Shown piece after piece: positions 11,641-22,334 of a stretch of DNA of 64,000 nt (the stretch's first letter is position 1; every line of letters starts with the position of its first letter). Made by a program: the position numbers and the translations under genes. The DNA is taken from NCBI RefSeq assembly GCF_000143415.4, contig NW_003314267.1, positions 2,645,839-2,709,838 of the forward strand. Direction: 5' to 3'. The notes under the pieces are model-generated. The model was not told where the DNA came from. It saw nothing but the letters and a program-made list of their open reading frames with translations, and did not search any database. Origin of the DNA: Selaginella moellendorffii. Lineage: Eukaryota; Plantae; Lycopodiophyta.

Positions 11641-11820
11641 GAATATCCCGGATAAGGATAAGGTATATCCGAATAGGCGGAAGGATCTCCTATTCGCACT
11701 CGTGAAAGGTCGCCGCGTAAGAGAATCTATGAATATCCATGGCTTACAATATTCCAGGTTCGAATATCCAGTAGATTCGGCTAGAATCCACGTTTTAATC
11801 CTGTCTCACGTGGAAGATTC
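11641..11820. promoter_or_regulatory. Cluster of four P1BS (GNATATNC) sites plus GAATC/GATTC sites in the divergent GARP-MLO intergenic region
   Basis: GAATATCC at 11641, GTATATCC at 11663, GAATATCC at 11731 and 11762; AGAATC/AGATTC near 11722, 11773, 11784 and 11815. Confidence 0.65.
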
Positions 11821-12255
11821 CTTTAGGGTTCTTGAGGGATTTTGAAAATTTCCGCCAAAAGTTTTTTTTTCTCATGAAACGGGGCTTAGGGCTTGTTGAT
11901 CTACCAGCGAGGCAGTCAAATCCTTGTGCCATCAAGGACGGCGCAGCAGCTGACCTTTCAAGATCACGAGAGCGACGGGACGACTTTGGCGAGGTAGGCC
12001 ATGGATTTGGAGCGCTGGCTAACCACAGATTTCATCGCCAAGGGGAAATCGGGGGTCATTCACACACGCATTGCGAGAAAGCGGTAGCAGCTCAGTTCCG
12101 GGGTCCATATCGGAATTCCCCGCGCAACGCCAAGCAATCAATGCTGTGATGGTGAAGTTCGCCGCGCGTCTTCTTCTTGACGTGCTGCTGAGCTTCGGCT
12201 GTGATTTTGCTGCCCTGGGCGAGAAGAGGGCTTTTCGGGCGAGCATATTTTCGCC

Positions 12256-14984
12256 ATGGCAGGTGGAGGGGGAAGCGATCCTTCTACGAACACCAGGTCG
12301 CTCGAGTATACCCCAACATGGGCTGTGGCAGCAGTGTGTTTCATGTTCGTCATCGTTTCTTTGATCGGCGAGCGATCGTTGCATCATCTGGGAATTGTAA
12401 GGATTACTCTGTTTCGTTTTTCTTTTTTTCTTCGAATCAAGTTCTAACTTTTCTTTCTTCATCACAGTGGCTTTCCAGAACAAAGCGGAAGCCTCTTAGA
12501 ACAGCATTGGAGAAAATGAAAGAAGGTAAGGAGTTTTCTATGCGAATTTGGTGCAAGTTTACATTCTTATTGGAGCTTTTCTTGGTGGCTACAACAGAGC
12601 TGATGCTACTGGGATTTATTTCTCTGATCATCACCGTCACTGCGTCCTATATTTCCAAGATATGTATAAGATCGTCATTCTATGATAAGCAGCGAATGCC
12701 TTGCAAGCTGCCTCACAAAGGCGACGCTACATATGATCGAATGATGGGCACAAGTTTGCTGGAAATCCCTCGTCGAGAACTGGCATCCACAGCGCATTCT
12801 TGTCCAAAGGTAAGCGATCAATATCTTTTCGAGAGAGCCTTCAAAGTGAAAATTTTGAACAGGAACACGAGCCTTTTGTCTCGTTCCTGGGCTTGGAACA
12901 GCTCCACCGCTTCATCTTTGTCATGGCAGTAACTCACGTCATCTATTCATGCTTGACAATGCTCCTGGCTATTATGAAGGTTCGTTCTCGATCAGAAATT
13001 TTGAGGACTTCGTCTGAATTGTGTCTCCTTTCCTTACTTGATTTTACAGGTATATAGCTGGAGGCCTTGGGAGCAAGAGGCCTTTGCCCACGCAGACAAT
13101 CAAGAAAATCTTGCAGGTGAACATTTGTCAAGAGAGAGAATTCTTCCTGTTTTAATTGTGTTCTTGGCTAATGCAGCGCTGACCAGGAACTTAACACTCA
13201 AAAGGCAATCTACGTTCGTAGCGTGTCAGACGAGCACACCCGGCGCCAGCAACAGGCTTCTTCTCTATTTTGTTTGTACAGTTGTTGTTAGTCGCCATGT
13301 TTGGTGCTGACTTCTTTTTTCAGATTTGCTTTTTCCGTCAATTCGGTCTTTCGGTCACAAAGCCGGACTATCTTGCATTGAGGATGGGGTTTCTCACGGC
13401 ACGTCTCTTCGGTGCTAATTTTGATGCGGTTGAGATGACACTTCCATTTTGCAGAAGCATAATCTTGGACCGAAGTATGACTTTCATCTTTACATGATTC
13501 GATCAATGGAGGACGAGTTTAAAGATATCATTGGAATAAGGTAAACCGTAGCAAGACTTTCAGAGCATAATGCTAATTTCTAAGTTTCTCTCAGTCCGCT
13601 CTTGTGGATCTTTGTTGTCTTGTTCATGCTCTTCAATGTGGAAGGTAAGGCATTCTTTTGTTTAAAGACATTGTTATATGTGACATTTGATATTTTGCAG
13701 GGACAAACTTATACTTTTGGATTTCTTTCCTTCCTATTGTGGTACGTTCTTAACTTTACTGCGACCAAGGATTCTTGACAGACAACGTAGCATGCAGATG
13801 GTTCTTGTCGTCGGCACTAAATTGCAACATATCATAGCGACGCTTGCCCTGGACAACTCTGGTTTATCTGGTCCGCTTAATGGATTCAACTTGAGACCTC
13901 GTGATGAACTCTTCTGGTTCAAGAGGCCACGTCTTTTGTTGCGCGTCATACACTTCATACTTTTCCAGGTGGGATAAACGGTCTCAACTTTTTTCTTACG
14001 TGAGTATTGCAGGTTGGTTTCGAGCTTGCAACGTTCTTTTGGATCTGGGTAATTTTGCTTATTCATTCCCACAGGACGTTTCTAATGGCTTGTATTAACT
14101 CTAGTGGCAATTTGGCTGGCACTCCTGCTACATGAGTCGAAGAACTTTCGTGTATGTTCGGGTGTTTTCTGGGTAAGTGAGATTTGACTTTGCACCCAGA
14201 CGTGTCCAGCTGACAAGCTTTTCTCTTCCAGATTGCTTGTGCAGATTCTGTGCAGCTACAGTACGTTGCCGCTCTACGCAATTGTCACGCAGGTACTGTC
14301 TCAAAAGTCTCTAATACAACGACTGACTTCTTTTATGCACAGATGGGCTCGAACAACAAAAAGTTAGCTGCTCTGAAAAGCTTTGGCAACTCTCTGTACG
14401 TGGGCAAAGGGCAAGACAATAACGAGATTGGCTTCGTGCCAGAAAAACAAGCACCTTACAGCTACGAGCTGGGACCACTTCACAAACCCAGGACCGCAAG
14501 TGACGCAGCTAGCTATTTCAGCTCCGAGAGCACGTACCACAGCAAGCACAACAGCGTCGAACTGGACACCAGCGGCATCGAGGAATGGTACTTGAGCAAG
14601 CTCGGGGGCTATGGACGGGATTCCAGGCACTTGAGCTCGCGAGGCAGCGAGATCACAGGACCGCACAGCAAGCACAACAGCTTTGTGGCGGAGAGTTTCA
14701 GCGTCAAGCACAGCAAGCACAACAGCATGGAGATACAGACGAGCACAGGAGGATTCTCCCAGCCGGGGATTGTGGACAGCAACTTTAGCTTCAAAGTGAC
14801 AACCGATGTAGTTATCCCAACCGATGATACTGCCGGGCTTCTGAGCGAGCACAGCGCTAGTGACGAGGCCGAGAGAGCAGTATCAAGACCACCACCAATC
14901 CACAGCAAACACGGGAGCTACAGCTCGGGAGGAGTCGACAACGATTCAAGTGCTCGTCACAGCAAGCACAGAAGCGTCAGTTAA
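12256..14984 (+). CDS. MLO: MLO family 7-TM protein with long atypical C-terminal tail (~15 exons)
   Basis: [100 protein letters not shown]. Confidence 0.95.
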
Positions 14985-15039
14985 AACACAAGGAAAGAAA
15001 AGAACCAAAAAGAAAAAACCGAAGCAAGAAAAAGTTTAA

Positions 15040-15180
15040 GAGTGACAAAGTTGGCTATGAGTTCATGAGTTCTTCCGCAATGATTTCTCCACCCTCTCAA
15101 GAGCATCGTAAACTTCCTTCCGAGCGTACCACGTCCCAAGCTTCCATACGAGTTTGCTAGCAAGGTTGCAAGAATCAATC
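15040..15180 (-). pseudogene. Short degenerate copy of the 3' end of the neighbouring PPR gene
   Basis: CTTCCTTCCGAGCGTACCACGTCCCAAGCTTCCATACGAG matches 17358-17400 (CTTCCTTCCGAGCGTCCCACATTCCCAAGCTTCCATACAA). Confidence 0.65.
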
Positions 15181-15260
15181 ATTTGGTAAGTGTATATGTA
15201 TCTTACGTAAATCTCTTACAAATCTTTCATAAGATCGCCTCCAAGTTAAAGGATTTAGAT

Positions 15261-15949
15261 TCAAGGAAGAGTCATAGATGTAGCAGCTCCAGTAAGCTGC
15301 TCTTTCATACGCTGGTGAGCAGCTTCTGGGGCTGCATCAGCGTGCCGCTCAATATGATCATCATCTCCGTCATCCTCTTCAAGGTTTTCATTCTTTCTGC
15401 TTTGGTTCTTTAGAATCACTTTGGCAGCCCTTTTATCTTTCTTGCTGCATCCAACGCTGCCGCTCTGACTGTAAAACTTCTTCATCACCTTGTTGCTGTT
15501 GAGGAGATCCACATCGGAAAGGTGGCCGCATGCTGCACACTTAAGACTTATCATCTTGTCCAGCAGAATATCAGTCTCCGGATTTCCGCACTTGTAACAC
15601 TGAACATACTTCTCAATGAACCTGTCCAAGAGATCACACAGCTTTGGAGTTTCATGAGCGCCATTGACAATGAAAGTGTTGGTTTTGTCGTTGAAACTGG
15701 ATTGTGCGCCAAGCTCACAGCCAAAGAACCTTGTTACATGTGCCGGGGAGCGTGAAAGTGCCTTAGCCACTTCCACCATATTCACAATGCTTGTCTTAAT
15801 GCCATTGCCACGCCCGTGGATCTTGGTTGCCAGCTTTGGCATTTTGTACCTGCGTGCATTGGTCACCCATTAGAGCAAGTATTTCACAAACAATACCTGT
15901 AGAAAGCATCATTGTTGTTTCTAGAGCCAATATTCTGAAGTTCCATCAT
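15261..15949 (-). CDS. eIF5-like protein, N-terminal GAP/zinc domain only (no W2 domain); 2 exons
   Basis: MMELQNIGSRNNNDAFYR/YKMPKLATKIHGRGNGIKT, FFGCELGAQ, NGAHE, CYKCGNPET..CAAC; intron 15850-15896; stops after QRMKEQL. Confidence 0.85.
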
Positions 15950-16324
15950 ATCTCCAGGTGAAAGAATTTTTGAGTCAGTGGTTTTTTAGCTAAATCAAAC
16001 GATAGTCACAATATTTTTATGTTCTTCTTTTTATGGTTTGAATAAATCCTATCCAATATATATTATTATTAAGATATTGTCATTATTTTATGCATGTATA
16101 TATACACATGTAAATATTAAATTATTCCTATATACCTTAAAGCTCTTGTATTTTAAAAAGTTCTCTCAACAAATACTAATAAGTTTTGATGAAAGTTTAA
16201 AGTGAAAAATAATTTAATTGAAGAATGTACTAATTTATTATTACTCATCCATTTTATATCTCTAACCAACATTCTTTCATATTTGTTAATCTATATTATT
16301 TAAAGTTTTTTTATTTCATATATC

Positions 16325-16438
16325 TTTATGCCTCATTTATGAACATTGACAGATTAAATAATATGTAAAATACTTAAACAAACTTTAAAATATTTTATAT
16401 ATTATTTAATCAATCAATGTTCATAAATGAGGCATAAA
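16325..16438. repeat. Near-perfect inverted repeat (hairpin) inside an AT-rich island
   Basis: TTTATGCCTCATTTATGAACATTGACAGATTAAATAATAT pairs with ATATTATTTAATCAATCAATGTTCATAAATGAGGCATAAA (2 mismatches in 40 bp), with further pairing toward the loop. Confidence 0.85.
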
Positions 16439-17283
16439 TATAAAATCACATTAAATTATAATATTATAGTATTATAGTTCTATTCTGAAGAAAAAATTAA
16501 TTTACAAAATATTAGCTTTCATCGGTTCTATGATCCAAGTAAGCCCCTTGAAAAGTTTAATAAGTACAAAACAGTAAAAAATTAAATATAGTATAAAATA
16601 ATATATTAATATTTATTTGCTACAAATTATTTTTTAGGGAAATTTAAAGTTTGTAACTATAAATATCTGGGTGACATATGTTTTCCAATATAATAATAAA
16701 TCAATATTTGATATATTATAATAGCATAATCTTTATTTTTAGAAATTTAATAAACAATTGCTTAAAATTCTGTTACATTTATTTAAATAACTATAAATAT
16801 TTTGAAAATTTGAAATTAATTTAATTATTTAACATTTTAAATGCTCTCGCTAAAATTTAGATATAACTAGGATTTTAAAGGTTTTGATTCATTTATTAAA
16901 TAAGTTATTAGAAAGAACTTCTCAATTAATTTTCTTCATCTATAATTGATTCTAGTTTTTATAAGAAATATCTTATTTTAATCTTTTTATAACACATCAT
17001 GGGCACCTATAATTATTGGGATTATCCATGTCTATAGCAAAAGTCTTTCTTCATTTTCTTTTCTATATATGGCCAATCTCCTCTCTCTTGTCCCAATTAA
17101 CTCATCCAGAAGTGTTGCCTAAAATGATCTCAGGCACGACCACCGTGATCCTTCTTGCACTCACAGCTTACCTGATGGGTGGTCATTTCACTCTTGTTGA
17201 ACTCGTTGAGATCAACAAACATATTTGCTCGACCAAAAACTTTTCCATTTCCATGAGTTCTTCCGCCTCATTGAAGACAATTG

Positions 17284-19395
17284 CTATGAAAACTTTTCCA
17301 TTTCCATTAGTTCTTCCGTGTTGTTTTCTCCTCTCCCTCTCGCAAGAGCGTCAAAAACTTCCTTCCGAGCGTCCCACATTCCCAAGCTTCCATACAAATT
17401 AGCCATGAGAACGTATCCCACCTCCACCACCTCGGTACTCGCCTCGAGCAGGGACTCAAACGCTAGCTTCGCTACGCCGAAGTTCTTCCAACGGCAGCCA
17501 GCGGCCAACACCGTCGTCCATGTCAATCCAGTCGGCCTCACAGGCATGGAATCCACCATCGCCACTGCTTCCTCCAGCCGGTTTGCTCGACCCAGCAAAT
17601 CGATCACGCAGTGGTAATGTTCCAGTCCCGGTTGAATGCCATAACTCGAGCTCATAACTTGGAAGTATTCCATGCCTCTCTCGACGAGCCCCGCGTGTCC
17701 ACAGCTCGATATCACTGATAGAAACGTGATACCGTCGGGCTCCACGCCTTCGTCTAGCATGCTCTGGAAGTAGCTTAGAACTTGGTGGACGCTTCCCTGG
17801 CGACTTAATCCCGCTAGCAATGAACTCCAAGTTACCGTGTCGTTCCTGTCGATCGAATGGAAAACCTGGCAAGCTTCGTTGATGCTCCCACACCTGCTGT
17901 AGAAATCGACCAGGCAGCCGGCTAGAGAAGAGTTGTTTTCCAGTGATCCAGTCCTGCAAATCCCCGCGTGGAGTGCCTTCCCGAGCTGGAGAGCTGCTTT
18001 GCCTCCGCAGGCCTTGAGAGCAGCACCGTAAGTTCGAGCGTCCGGGGAGATTCTCTCCACCAGGATCATCCGTTCGAGGAGCTCCAGTGCCATCTCGCTC
18101 TCGCCACTCTCGGCGTATCCCAGCAGCAGCGAGTTCCAAGTGACGAGAGCGCGCACGGCCATCTTGTCGAAAACTCTGCGAGCGTCCGGCATGGAGTTAC
18201 ACTTGGTGTACATGTCGAGGAGGCTCGTCGTCACGTAGATATCGTCCCTCGTCGCAGCTCCGAATGAGTGGATCGCCATTCCAGTCTCCAAAGACGCGAT
18301 CTTCACAGCTTTTCTATCGACTTCACTGCTCTGTTCCTCCACTGCCATGCTGCTGCACGCCTTGAAAGCAGCGACGAAAGTCCGATCGTTTGGCTTGAAT
18401 CCTTCGCAAACCATCGCCAAGAAGAGCTCCACTGCTCTTCGTCCATGTCCGTTCTCCGCGTAACCAAGCAGCATCGCATTCCAGGAGATGATATCCCGGC
18501 GAGTGATCCTGGAAAACACTCCTACGGCATCGTCCATGCTTCCAAAGTTGGCGTACATGTCACACAGCGATGTCGCTACGAAAGTATCACGGTCGAGGCG
18601 ACCATTCTTTGCAGCATGCAAGTGAAGAGCAAAGCCTCTCTCCAAACACCTGATCTTCACAGCCTTTCCATCACCACCGAGTATCTTCTTCTCTTCCCTG
18701 GCGGAGATCTTCGTGCATGACTTTACCGCAGCAACGTAAGCTCTGGAATCCGCGTAAACGTTTCTCTCTCCCACCATTCTCTCGAAAAGCTCCAGCCCAG
18801 CCTCGCCATCTCCACTCTCGGCATGGCCGAGGATCAGCGAAGTCCACGACACGATATCTGGATTCTCCATCCGGAAGAACACTTGCGAGGAGTCCACCAC
18901 GCTGCCACACCTCGCGTACATGTCGATCAAAACATTGGCCACGAACTTATCTCTCACGTCCAAGTAAGATCTCGCTGCTCGAGCGTGAAGATCCATGCCA
19001 ATCTCCAGCGCTCTAGCCTTGACAGCCACTCCATCCAGCTCCAACTCCATCGCTGGATCTCCCGCCGCCAATGCCAGACACGCCTTGATCGCTGCCACAA
19101 AAGTCCTGGCATCTGGCTCGCATTCCATCCGCGAGAAGAGCTCCAGGGCGATCTCTCCCTGGGCATTGGTGGCATAGGCGAGAATGAGAGCGTTCCAGAC
19201 GGCGGCATCGAGGTCATGGCGAGGGATCCTGTCAAAGAGGGCGCGGGCATCAGCCACATTTCCTTGCTTTGCAAGCCTACTGATCGATCTGCTTGCCTGG
19301 AAGAGCTGATTCTTGTGGAGCTCGCGCCGGCGATTCGACTCGTCCTCCGGGAGCTGGAGATGGCGGTGACGCCGCGCTGCTACCGCCATGTCCAT
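17284..19395 (-). CDS. PLS-class pentatricopeptide repeat protein with partial E domain, intronless
   Basis: Repeated LIDMYARCG/VSWTSLILGHA and PDGITFLSVISSCGHAGLVERG..PGLEHYHCVIDLLGRANRLEEA; E-like YVLMANLYGSLGMW; no DYW domain; start taken at MDMAVAA. Confidence 0.92.
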   Translation of the reverse strand: MDMAVAARRHRHLQLPEDESNRRRELHKNQLFQASRSISRLAKQGNVADARALFDRIPRHDLDAAVWNALILAYATNAQGEIALELFSRMECEPDARTFVAAIKACLALAAGDPAMELELDGVAVKARALEIGMDLHARAARSYLDVRDKFVANVLIDMYARCGSVVDSSQVFFRMENPDIVSWTSLILGHAESGDGEAGLELFERMVGERNVYADSRAYVAAVKSCTKISAREEKKILGGDGKAVKIRCLERGFALHLHAAKNGRLDRDTFVATSLCDMYANFGSMDDAVGVFSRITRRDIISWNAMLLGYAENGHGRRAVELFLAMVCEGFKPNDRTFVAAFKACSSMAVEEQSSEVDRKAVKIASLETGMAIHSFGAATRDDIYVTTSLLDMYTKCNSMPDARRVFDKMAVRALVTWNSLLLGYAESGESEMALELLERMILVERISPDARTYGAALKACGGKAALQLGKALHAGICRTGSLENNSSLAGCLVDFYSRCGSINEACQVFHSIDRNDTVTWSSLLAGLSRQGSVHQVLSYFQSMLDEGVEPDGITFLSVISSCGHAGLVERGMEYFQVMSSSYGIQPGLEHYHCVIDLLGRANRLEEAVAMVDSMPVRPTGLTWTTVLAAGCRWKNFGVAKLAFESLLEASTEVVEVGYVLMANLYGSLGMWDARKEVFDALARGRGENNTEELMEMEKFS

Positions 19396-19885
19396 AAGCC
19401 CTAAACGTGAGAATAAAACTGTGAAACGCAAACTCCAATCGATTAGCAATATCCATTCCATCCCTTTGGGAGAATACAAGCAAAGTAATAAAAAAACCAT
19501 AGGAGACTTTACTATTTTCCAGTGAGCCGAAAGAACCCCATTGTTCTCCACGTGCTTTAGTGCTCCTATTTGGTCAAACTTCTGGAACTTTAAAGTTGAA
19601 AGCTTATATAGAAAGTGAGCCAAGAATGCTACAAGCAAACGTGATTGATAAACCAAAAATTCTCCATTGATCCAGACACCAAACCAACAGGCCAACTTGA
19701 AACACGAATAAATCGTTGAAATGCTTTGGGCTGCCACATCATACCATCTAGTTGAATCTAGCCGCCAGCAAAATCGCGATGAAATTTTACACTGACCATG
19801 CTACGGCCGATCTAGCGGAATGAAAGCGCTCCGGTTTCCCAAAGAATGCGCGCTGCTAAAGCGCCGCTTTCCGGAAGATCGAGAC

Positions 19886-19887
<2 letters not shown>

Positions 19888-19919
<32 letters not shown>
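19888..19919 (+). repeat. (GA)16 microsatellite / GAGA element upstream of the Fic-like gene
   Basis: Uninterrupted GA run read directly. Confidence 0.95.
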
Positions 19920-19923
<4 letters not shown>

Positions 19924-19996
19924 GGTTTAGCGCCAAGGCATATACCCCGATTTAAAACTGACTAAGGCTTACCAGATCCTAGGGTTTTGAGTGGGG

Positions 19997-20638
19997 ATGG
20001 GCTACTCGACGCAGCCATGGCGCAGCAGCAAGATAGGGCTGCTGGAATTCGTGGACGTCTCAGGCAGGATGATGGAGAATTTTCTTCTTCCAGGGGATGA
20101 GAGCCAGAGTGACAGGGAGTACCTGGAGATCAATCTTGCCCACGCGGGTTTGGGCGGGCGGCAGGCGGCCGAGGCGCGGCAGCTGCTCGACGCGGTGGAT
20201 TTTGCCAGGAGATGGAGCATCGAAATGGGCGATCTGGTGGAGATCCAGCGCCGCGTGGTGGGGAGATCAAGCGAGGGATTGCCATGGCTTGTGAGTTGGC
20301 TTGTGAGGTGGGCTTTCCCAGATTTTAGGAGCAACGAGGCCCGTGACGAGCTGCGCGACGCAATCCTTCCCAAGCTCAACGCGCGCCTTGCCCAGTCGCA
20401 AGACCCTCTCGAGCGAGTCAAGGCGGCGGCATGGTTTTCTAAGTGCTTGACGAGCCTGCGGCCCTTTGTCGATGGAAACGCTCGCGTTGGCGAGGTGGTA
20501 GTGTCGATCATCCTCAAGGATTGGGCTCCTTTTCCTCTCAGGATACACGATCGTGGATGGCTGCGCGAGCAATCAATTCCAAGGGATGGTATTGGAGAAG
20601 AGGAGCTTGCAGCCTTGATCCTCCAGCGGGCCGCATAA
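19997..20638 (+). CDS. Fic/DOC-domain protein with degenerate active site (pseudo-Fic), intronless, ~213 aa
   Basis: KAAAWFSKCLTSLRPFVDGNARVGEVVVSIIL matches the Fic helix-loop-helix (HPFxDGNGRxxR) with H->R, G->A and R->E; shares PFP and LAAL motifs with the 31706 Fic. Confidence 0.75.
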   Translation: MGYSTQPWRSSKIGLLEFVDVSGRMMENFLLPGDESQSDREYLEINLAHAGLGGRQAAEARQLLDAVDFARRWSIEMGDLVEIQRRVVGRSSEGLPWLVSWLVRWAFPDFRSNEARDELRDAILPKLNARLAQSQDPLERVKAAAWFSKCLTSLRPFVDGNARVGEVVVSIILKDWAPFPLRIHDRGWLREQSIPRDGIGEEELAALILQRAA

Positions 20639-20744
20639 TCGATATGTTCTTCCTTAGTCATGGCTTTCAATTCTCTCGAGATCTTTGAACGTGAATCTTT
20701 TAAACTTGCCTAGAATATCCGAATCGTCCGCTACTTGTGGACGC

Positions 20745-21790
20745 GGTGGAGTCGTCTTCCGGATGGAGAATCCAGATATCGTCGCTGATCCTAGGCCATG
20801 CCGTGGAGATGGCGAGGCTAGGTTGGAGCTTTTCGATGGTGGCGGAGAGAAACGTTTGCGCGGATTCCAGATGGTAAAGTCAGATCTCCGCCAGGGAAGA
20901 GAAGAAGAAACTCGGTGGTGATGGAAAGGCTGTGAAGATCAGGTGTTTGGAGAGAGGCTTTTCTCTTCATTCTCACGCTGCGAAGAAAAAATAGCGACAT
21001 CGCTGGGATACACGCAGAACAGACAGGGACGAAGAGCAGTGGAGCTCTTTCTCGGCGATGGTTTGCGAAGGATTCAAGCCAAACGGTCGGACTTTCATCG
21101 CTGCTTTCAAGGCGTGCAGCAGCATGACAGTGGAGGAACAGAGCAGCGAATTTGATAAGAAAGCTGTGAAGATCGCGGCTTTGGAGACTGGCATGGCGAT
21201 CCACTCATTTGGCGCTAAGACGAGGGACGACATCTACGTGACGACGAGCCTCCTCTCGATAAGATGGCCGTGCAACTTGCAACTCCGAGAGAGTGGCGAG
21301 AGCGAGATGGCACTGGAGCTCCTGGAACGGATGATCCTGATCGAGAGAATCTCCGCAGAGGCTCGAACTTACGGATGCTGCTCTCATAGCCCGACGATAT
21401 CATGTTTCTATCAGTGATATCGAGCTGTGGATACGCGGGGCTCGTCGAGAAAGGCATGGAATACTTCCAAGTTATGAGCCGAATTATGGCATTCAACCGG
21501 GACTGGAACACACTAACACTGCGTGATCGATTTACTGGAGCGTCCCACATTCCCAAGCAAGTTAGCCATGAGAAACCACCAGGGACCCAAATGCTAGCTT
21601 TGCCACTCTCAAGTTCTTCCACTGGCAGCCCGCGGCTAGCACCGTCGTCCATGTCAATCCAGTCGGCCTCACAGGTATGGAATCCACCATCGCCGCCGCT
21701 TCCTCCAGCCGGTTTGGAAGGATCGCCTCTCTTGCGCGAGTGAGAGGAGAAAACAAACTCATGGAAACTATGGAAAGGTTTTCATAGCAA
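20745..21790 (+). pseudogene. Inverted, deleted and frameshifted copy of the 17284-19395 PPR gene, with an internal micro-inversion
   Basis: VFRMENPDIV, MVCEGFKPNGRTF..ETGMAIHSFG and SVISSCGYAGLVEKGMEYFQVMS match the PPR; ~21539-21717 is flipped relative to its flanks. Confidence 0.88.
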
Positions 21791-22334
21791 CCGTGATGAA
21801 TGCCGGTTGAATGACAGACACCTCTGGGGCAAGATAGAGACGACCACCCAACAGGACATGAATGAAGAATGCGATTTAGAAGATCAAGACGCTGCAAAAA
21901 TACCCAAAAACTATTGGAACGCTGGTCTACTTTGTATATGTCCGAGATCGTCCTAGGCTCGAGAGCGGAAATGATTGACAATACACATTTATGTTTATAT
22001 GATGATAACTTTATTCTAATGCCTATATCCTGCCATCAACTTCTGTGTTTGTAGACCTCTTCTGGTAAGCCTGTCCTTCGCAGCGTCTGTGACTCTTTTC
22101 CAAACCCTTCCAACGCACCACCTTTGCACAGTCATTGGCAATGCTTGACAAAGACCTTGGAAACATAAACAGCTGCACAATCACATCCGAGTAGTCACGG
22201 TCTCTGAAACATTCAAGGCTCTCTAAATTCTCTGGAAACTTCCTCCGGAAAGCTTTTGGGTAGTGGAGAGGAAGAGCGGATGGTTGTCGCCGTAGAAATC
22301 AACTTTTATTTCCACTCGGAGTGGAATCAATGAC

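Noticed and set aside
17016-17402. 128-aa + strand hydrophobic ORF
   Set aside because: TTG start, overlaps the PPR 3' end in antisense, no recognisable motif
19396-19737. N-terminal 114 aa of the 817-aa PPR ORF call
   Set aside because: Starts at GTG and looks like promoter/UTR; the ATG at 19395 is the more plausible start
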